A stretch of 64,000 bases of DNA, from assembly GCA_951406725.2 (NCBI GenBank), contig OX597832.1, positions 20,088,001 to 20,152,000 on the forward strand, given 5' to 3'. Below are positions 56,674 through 64,000 of the stretch, in pieces. The notes under the pieces are model-generated. The model was not told where the DNA came from and made no database searches. It saw only the letters and a list, made by a program, of their open reading frames with translations. Made by a program: the position numbers and the translations under genes. The first letter of the stretch is position 1, and each line of letters begins with the position of its first letter. The DNA is from Octopus vulgaris (lineage: Eukaryota).

Positions 56674-57128
56674 AAATGGGACAAGAACGCAAGACATCCA
56701 GATAGATATGTGATACAAAAAAGGGACAACAAAACATCCAGGTAGACGATACAAAGGACTGGTCATCCGGAGTTTTCTTTCCTCAGTCGAGTTCCAAATG
56801 ATCTTTGCAGTTTCGGCTTGTTATACTGGAGATTGCTCCAATCTGGCCAGCCCCAAGGAAAAACTACGCTAAGAGCATTAGATTCCTTGGAAGAAATCAG
56901 CGAATGTATACAAAACAAGGACGGAAAAAGACAGACAGCTTTACACAAGTACAATAAAAATAATAACAGGACATAACAACAGGTGCCTTTCGACAAAGGA
57001 CGAATTAAATTAAGCTGTGGAAATGAAGCCTTACGGCAGGGATACAAGATTTCGCAGGTAGAGGAAGGAATATCGATGTTGCTCGAACAACGGCAAGATC
57101 AAGAAAGAAAGGTCAGGCTTGGCCGAAT
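56672..57128. repeat. Probable interspersed element between two (TA)n tracts, with an internal ~40-bp tandem duplication
   Basis: gggacaa...acatccag.taga....gatacaaa repeated at 56678 and 56723; sharp TA boundaries; family not assigned. Confidence 0.4.
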
Positions 57129-57159
57129 ATATATATATGCATGTATATATGTATGTATG

Positions 57160-57214
<55 letters not shown>

Positions 57215-57297
57215 GCGGGTGTTAAGTATAAAAAATTTGAAGCGTTGTGGTGGTTGTATGTCTATATATATATGTATATATATATATGTTTATATAT

Positions 57298-57337
<40 letters not shown>

Positions 57338-57483
57338 CCACACATATACACATGTATATATATATATATATGGCTATTTCATATGTGTGTAACGGACGAA
57401 GCGGCATCGATAATGTTGTCATCTAATGGAATAAACATATTTTTCTCCCTTCACGCCTTTAATTTGATCAAGTTGTATATGGC

Positions 57484-57618
57484 AACGATGACGACGACGA
57501 CAATGATGATGATGAGGAGGAGGAGGAGGACGAGGAGGACGAGGAGGAGGAGGACGACGAGGACGACGAGGACGACGAGGAGGACGACGAGGACGACGAG
57601 GAGGAGGAGGAGGAGGAG
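57484..57618. repeat. (GAC/GAT/GAG)n microsatellite
   Basis: Direct reading. Confidence 0.95.
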
Positions 57619-57781
57619 TTCGAAGAAGTCAGCTCGTGACCCAGGAAAACCATGGTAGCAATATCCACGGTCTACGCACGGGTTCGCGCCTGCGGTGTCT
57701 ATGCTCACCGCAGCGCCTACCTATTCGGTCGGGTATAGCAAAGCTGCATTGCCGAAAATTGCGCAACATAAAATTTTAGAT

Positions 57782-57923
57782 TTTTTTACATTATTTACAT
57801 TTGACGGATTTTTGTCCTCATCTTGTTTGGTGTTTACAACACACAAGATGAGGACAAATATCCGTCAAATGTAAATAGTGTAAATGATGTACATAATTCC
57901 TCATCTCTTAAATATAGAACTGT
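57782..57923. mobile_element. 142-bp fold-back insertion with 14-bp TSD
   Basis: Arms 57785-57826 and 57843-57884 are reverse complements, followed by an unpaired ~39-nt tail. ATAAAATTTTAGAT at 57768-57781 and 57924-57937. Confidence 0.85.
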
Positions 57924-58321
57924 ATAAAATTTTAGATCCAATAAAGCATGCACAGCACCTCACAAGTCCTCTCCACCCAACTTACATACTCCAGAGATAA
58001 ACCAGGGCAAGATATCCAATGCCAATACGGGTTTCAGTCTCAGGAATGTGGGAGCAAGTGATTTCAAGGACAACCAAAAGATCCCCAAATTATTCAATGG
58101 TGATACCCTGATTATCTGGTTTTACATCAGAGAAAACTTCTCTTAAAGACATGCTTTAAAAAAGCCTGAAGGAAGCCTCATTGCCTTTGGCCTTCTAGCA
58201 CGCCGGACACGAACGTATATATAAACAGAGGAAGATGAAATGGGGAAACAGCGAGAAAGTAGTTAAGTTTCTGTGTGTATATTCCAATACAACGGGTAAG
58301 TATTTACATTTTTTTCTGACT

Positions 58322-58700
58322 TTAACCCTTCAACGCGGAGTATAGGTCACTTATAATTGAATTCCATGTCGCATAATTTTTCGCTTCTGTACTTATACTC
58401 TGCCATGAATGTCCCCCTTTCTCTAGTTCCTTTTGTGTTGATCTACACCATGAGTTCTTAGGCCTACCTTTCTTTCTATATCCATCCGGTTTCCACTGTA
58501 AAGCACTTTTCACTACATTTGGTGTGTCTTTTCTAATTGTGCTACCAATCCACTTCCACTTTTTCTTAAATATTTGCTCCCTAATCAAAACTTGATTTGT
58601 TCTTTGTCATAGCTCCATGTTCCTTATGTGTTCGGGCCATCTAATTTTAAGTATACTACGCAAGCATCTGTTGATGAATGATTGTATTTGCTTATTTCAC
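58322..58700 (-). mobile_element. RTE-clade LINE 3' end
   Basis: QIQSFINRCLRSILKIRWPEHIRNMEL..RTNQ..IREQI.KKKWKWIGSTIRK...VVKSALQWKPDGYRKKGRPKNSWCRS...W..IISDLYS. Confidence 0.88.
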
Positions 58701-58915
58701 TTAACTGTTGTTCGCCATGTCTCTCTCATATACTGTCTCTCATTATCTCTCTCCCTCATTTCTCCCTCTCTCATACACTCATACAAACACATACATGAGC
58801 GCATACATATTTGAATTAGTCTTGCATACAAAATTTGACTTTGTTCCTGACAATGTTATTTCTTCTCAATTCGATTCTTATATAGATATAGACATGCATA
58901 AACATAAATGTATAT

Positions 58916-59110
58916 GAATTTTTCAGTGAAGAGGTCGCGGTCTCAAAGCGACGAAAATATTTTGTCAATTCAAATATAAACGTTGAAGTGAATCTAACGG
59001 TTTTTGTGTGTTTCTAAAATGGCTTATAAACACCTTCCACGCTGCAATTGTTTTCGTTCTAGCACACGATCTCAGATCAGGTCACTCGCTATGCAAGTAA
59101 ATCTCCGTAA
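58916..59110 (+). mobile_element. Probable PLE-derived short element (family H5) with decayed hammerhead
   Basis: GAATT..-GTGAAGA-G-GTCGC(GGTCTCAAA)GCGAC-GAAA-ATATT..-AATTC at 58916-58971. Confidence 0.45.
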
Positions 59111-60277
59111 TATTTATTCATACTTAAATAAGAAGATATGATGTGTTAAAAATGTGTTGGATATATTGTGTATTATGATTATTATATAAAAATTCTCATT
59201 ATATTCTTATCAAAATTGTTATTGTATAGAAAATTTTAATGGGAATTCTCATGATACAATATAATCTTAGAAGGAGTCATCTATGAGAAAGTTTGAATTT
59301 GAAATTTCAGTAGTAACCCCACATGAGCCTATATATCGACATCATCAACAACACAACGAACAAGCAGAGTAAAAAATAAAAAACAAAATATATGTATGAA
59401 CAGCAAAAAACATGAGGAACCACCATCAACACTACGATTCACTAATAACTATGTTGAATGGTAACAATTGTAACCTTAGTTTCTAGAAGCGAAGAATCAG
59501 GCCATCATCCCTAGCAGTCAAACATGGTAGTTAAGGTGAAGGTGAAAGAGGCTTTGAAAGAAGCACAGAAGATTTGAGAGAGGAGAAGTGGGCTTCATAG
59601 GTGAATAGCCGTTGGAGATATAGATATCCGGATTCTTTCACATCCATCACGACTGGTCTGGATAGTTAAACGTACACGGGGCTTGATAGCGTTTCCCAAT
59701 GCTTTCAATGGAATCGGTGCTGCCGACACAATACGAAAGAGAGAGAGAACTCACATCATGGTACTGTCAAGAGGCAAAGATTTCTATGGATTGAGATTAT
59801 AATGCCGGCAGATTTCGTGATAATGTTTCTACTCGGCTCGTTCAGTTTCAATAGACAAAACGATTTCGTGACGAACGCATCTAAGCATGCACGAAGCTAG
59901 CGTTCCACAATTTTGTGTTCTAAGTCAACCAGACCTGTTTTAAACGTTTTCCAGAGCGTAAGCGGCTAGCTTTTGCTATTCATTTTGACTTCCTCTCGTG
60001 TTTCGCTTCGATTTGATTTTATTTAATTTTATTATCATTTACTAAATGAAACAAATCATGCCAAATTCACTAACTATGACATTCGTTAGGATACGGAGAG
60101 TGTGTCGAAGTTGGAGAAAGAAGGGGGAGTGAAAAGAGAGAGACAGAGAAAGAGAGAGACAGAGACAGAGAAAGGAAAAGGGACAAACAAATAGGGAAGT
60201 ACGTGAGAGGATGGCAACAGAAAATGAGGAGGCTAGATATATATATGCATCTATAAATGTGTGTATATATATATGTG

Positions 60278-60360
<83 letters not shown>

Positions 60361-60612
60361 ACACACATATATATATATATATGTCATTTCGAAACTTATA
60401 TATATATATATTTACACACACATTTATATTTGTGCTATGCATATAAATATGTGAGTAAATGTATGTATATATATATATATATAGATATCCTCATATAAGG
60501 TTGTACACATATGTATGTATGTATGCATGTATGTATCTACGTATGTATATATATATATATATATGCATTTTTACATATACTTACATGCATATGTATACAC
60601 AGAAGCACACAA

Positions 60613-60650
<38 letters not shown>

Positions 60651-60750
60651 GTACATAGGTACATGCATCCATCCATCCATCCATACATGTACATTCTTAG
60701 CGGGATATACTGGAGAATGCTAAAATCCATTCTAGTTACAAATTTGTTAA

Positions 60751-60992
60751 GGCGGTGAGCTGGTGGGCGAAATGCTTAGCGGTATTTCGTCTGCCGCTAC
60801 GTTCTGAGTTCACATTCCGCCGAGGTCGACTTTGCCTTTCATCCTTTCGGGGTCGATTAAATAAGTACCTGTTACGCACAGGAGTCGATATAATCGACTT
60901 CATCCGTTTGTGTGTCCTTGTTTGTCCCCTCTGTGTTTAGCCCCTTGTGGGTAGTAAAGGAATAGGTATTTAGTATATATACATACATATAC

Positions 60993-61073
<81 letters not shown>

Positions 61074-61077
61074 CATG

Positions 61078-61129
<52 letters not shown>

Positions 61130-61612
61130 ATTTAGAAACTTATTTATATACATTTACACACACATTTCTATATGTGCTGTGCGTATAAATATGTGAGTTA
61201 ATGTATGTATATATATATAGATATCCTCATATAAGGTAGCGGTGGGCGAAATGCGTAGTGGTATTTCGTTTGCTGCTACGTTCTGAGTTCAAATTCAGCC
61301 GAGGTCGACTTTGCCTTTCATCCTTTCGGTGTCGATTAAATAAGTACCTGTTACGCACAGGAGTCGATATAATCGACTTAATCCGTTTTGTCTGTCCTTG
61401 TTTGTCCTCTCTGTGTTTAACCCCCTTGTGGGTCGTAAAGGAATATGTATTTAGTATGTCTTTAGGTTCTGAGTTCAAATTCCGCCGAGGTCGATTTTGC
61501 TTTTCATCCTTTCGAGATCGGTAAATTAAGTACCAGTTGCGTACTGGAGTTGATCTAGCCGACTGTCCCCTCCCCCAAAATTTTGTGTCTTGTATTTAGA
61601 GTAGAAAAGAAT
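60751..61612 (+). mobile_element. SINE family A copies (60751-60971, 61240-61452, fragment 61466-61612)
   Basis: Colinear with 44453-44682; the first two share private variants. Confidence 0.88.
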
Positions 61613-61769
61613 ATGCATATATTTGCTATTATATAATATATATACATGTACTATATATGTTATACACTTTCGTACACTTGCCTACAAACAACCACATATA
61701 CACACTCATCCATAGATTTAAATATATATGTGTGTCTGTGTGTGTTTGTATGTATGTATGTATATATAT

Positions 61770-61997
61770 ATTTCTTTACTACCCACAAGGGGCTAAACAC
61801 AGAGAGGACAAACAAGGACAGTCAGACGGATTAAGTCGATTACATTGATCCCAGTGTGCAACTGGTACTTAATTTATCGACCTCAAAAGGATGAAAGGCA
61901 AAGTCGACCTCGGCGGAATTTGAACTCAGAACGTAACGGCAGACGAAAAACGGCCAAGCATTTCGCCCGGCGTGCTAACGTTTCTGCCAGCTCGCTG
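61770..61997 (-). mobile_element. SINE family A, full length
   Basis: Reverse complement of 44453-44682. Confidence 0.92.
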
Positions 61998-62028
61998 CAT
62001 TATATATATATGTAAGTATATATATGTT

Positions 62029-62141
<113 letters not shown>

Positions 62142-62392
62142 AGAGAGAAAGAGAAATAGAAAGATAGAAAGTTAGGTGGACAGATAGATTTATTGATAGA
62201 GTAACAAGAAGAAAAGGAAAGGAGAGCAAGTAGAGGAAGAGGGACGCTCGAAAAATGTAATTACATTAAGCTAGACTGAAACGTGATGTGAGAACAACGA
62301 GTGAATTTAATGCATTGAGTTAGAAAGTGGACGTTGGTCATTGTGAGTTCGAGAGAGAAAACCACAATAGGAACCATTAATAGACGCTCATA

Positions 62393-62611
62393 TACGAACC
62401 AGAAAGTCCCTGGAGAAGGACATCATGCTCAGAATAGTCAGTGGCAAGAGAGGAATAGGCCGACCAAGAACCCGCTGGCTTGACACCATCAAGAGTGATA
62501 ACGGAATGGACATAGCCAATCTGATAGAAGCGGCCCAGGATAGAACTGACTGGAGGACACTGATCCAACGAGTAACCGAGAGTCGACTTAGACTGAGCGG
62601 ATAGATAGATA
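62393..62611 (+). mobile_element. RTE (BovB-like) LINE 3' end with (ATAG)n tail
   Basis: RKSLEKDIMLRIVSGKRGIGRPRTRWLDTIKSDNGMDIANLIEAAQDRTDWRTLIQRVTESRLRLSG* resembles the BovB-type terminus SLEK.LMLG.IEG.RRRGR.R.RWLD...DR..WR..IH.V..SR.RL. Confidence 0.88.
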
Positions 62612-62681
62612 TGAACCAGTCAAATAATATACTTGTATATATATATATATATATATATATACAACACACAAAAAAAGCATT

Positions 62682-62885
62682 TACGAGGCGGATAGTGAAT
62701 ATTCCTGGGTCTAGGTAGAAGGATTTTGAGGAGGATCAGTTAATTATGATTTTATTAAGCGTTTTCAACAGTCCCTCAGAGTCACAAAATTATTGCAGCG
62801 GTCATTCAGTTTTTCTAAGCCGTGTAAAAAAACTTGGAGAGTTAGGGCTCCAATCAGGCCTTTCAGGAAACCCTTAAAGTTGAAA
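62682..62885 (-). mobile_element. Mariner 3'-end remnant / non-autonomous derivative
   Basis: TACGAGG terminus at 62682; minus frame VFLHGLEKLNDRCNNFVTLRDC resembles the mariner C-terminus F..G..KL..R..KC..L.G.Y. Confidence 0.55.
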
Positions 62886-62989
62886 CATTTGAGCACCCAT
62901 CGGTTGTGTCTGTGTACGTGTATATGTGTACATATATGTGTGTGCATTGAGGCGGGTGTGCATGTATGCATATATATATATATATTTCA

Positions 62990-63194
62990 AAATGTGACCG
63001 CGTGTGTACCGTTGCCGATTTTTTTCCTCTGTCTTCCCCTCTCTGGATCTTTCCTTCTCCAATGTTTCCGACAAAGAGCTCTGCTCGAAACGTAAAACCC
63101 TCCTTCTTCCCTTCCTTCCTGAGCGTCCAATAATACTGTATTTGTTCCACGTCCTCGCGTTGTTGTGTTTTCTTGGGCTTTCTTGTTTGGATTA

Positions 63195-63196
<2 letters not shown>
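62990..63196 (+). mobile_element. Short PLE-derived element (family H1) with hammerhead motif at 63064-63098
   Basis: GTTT-CCGACAAA-GAGC(TCT)GCTC-GAAA-CG-TA-AAAC; near-identical to 12140-12334; between (TA)n tracts. Confidence 0.7.
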
Positions 63197-63242
<46 letters not shown>

Positions 63243-63300
63243 TTACATTTCTAAATATCTCAGAGAGATATAAGCAGTAGTGGTACGATAGAGTAGTTGT

Positions 63301-63495
63301 ATATTGTCAACTTAATGTGACAGTCCCATGAAGGGAATCACACCACTGCTATTTAGCCCTAGGAAGCATCAACGCTTCCTGTCGGCCTTGACAAATTTCC
63401 TGCGTCCTTATGTTTACAAAGGGGAGACAAGTACCTCCACCCAGCTAAGCCTGCATTGAGAGACTAGTTTCTGAGTCTCATTAAGTTGACAGTAT
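63301..63495. mobile_element. ~195-bp MITE-like element with terminal inverted repeats
   Basis: TGTCAACTTAATGTGAC (63305-63321) versus GTCTCATTAAGTTGACA (63475-63491), 16/17 complementary and extendable to about 21 bp. Confidence 0.65.
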
Positions 63496-63505
63496 CAAAC
63501 TACAC

Positions 63506-63554
<49 letters not shown>

Positions 63555-64000
63555 GTATATTCATACATATATATATATATATATATACATGTATATATAT
63601 ATATATATACATATATATACATATATATATACATACATATATATATACATATATATACATACATACATATATATATATGCATATATATATATATTTGTGT
63701 ATCAGTTTTTATCCATCGCGTTAAACTGAACATGTATTTTAATACATTAATTACGTCCAGGTAATAATTAAGCGATACATACACTAATTATATAGATGGC
63801 AATGTTTCCTTTTTAACACTGGTAACAGTTATAGAAATTGAAACGCAAAAGTTACCGGCCTCTTCTCCCGAACGGCTAATATACGATGATACCAGTTGTC
63901 AACTGAGGGGTGGAGAAGGAATAAATACATCCACAGAGAGACACACGCATTCTCATCCACGCGCGTCCACATGCGCGCACACATACATGCATACGATAGG

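Noticed and set aside
56800-56865. Possible minus-strand hammerhead (GGCT...AGCC-GAAA-CTGC)
   Set aside because: No recognisable CUGANGA-like core or stem I in this copy.

Overview
Eukaryotic, AT-rich, non-genic (intronic or intergenic) DNA, saturated with microsatellites: (TA)n, (CA)n, (GA)n, (TATG)n, (GATA)n and (AAT/GAT/GAA/TAG/CAG)n. The repeat repertoire looks like an octopus (cephalopod) genome; this is recall-based, not a database result. No intact host gene is recognisable, and almost all ORFs in the track are microsatellite read-through. Recognisable content: many copies of two tRNA-headed SINE families plus one V-domain-like SINE with a 16-bp TSD; 3' fragments of CR1, RTE and HERO-like LINEs; four mariner remnants; a Helitron helicase fragment; a small TIR element; and abundant Penelope-like element (PLE) material. 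The most interesting signal is a set of about 15 type-I hammerhead-ribozyme-like motifs from at least six short element families. These show compensatory stem-I changes between families and a U3-A8 core variant. Several sit in fold-back (inverted) insertions next to (TA)n tracts, including a 1.7-kb palindrome of a GIY-YIG endonuclease 3' end. Coordinates were read by eye, so element ends may be off by a few bases.
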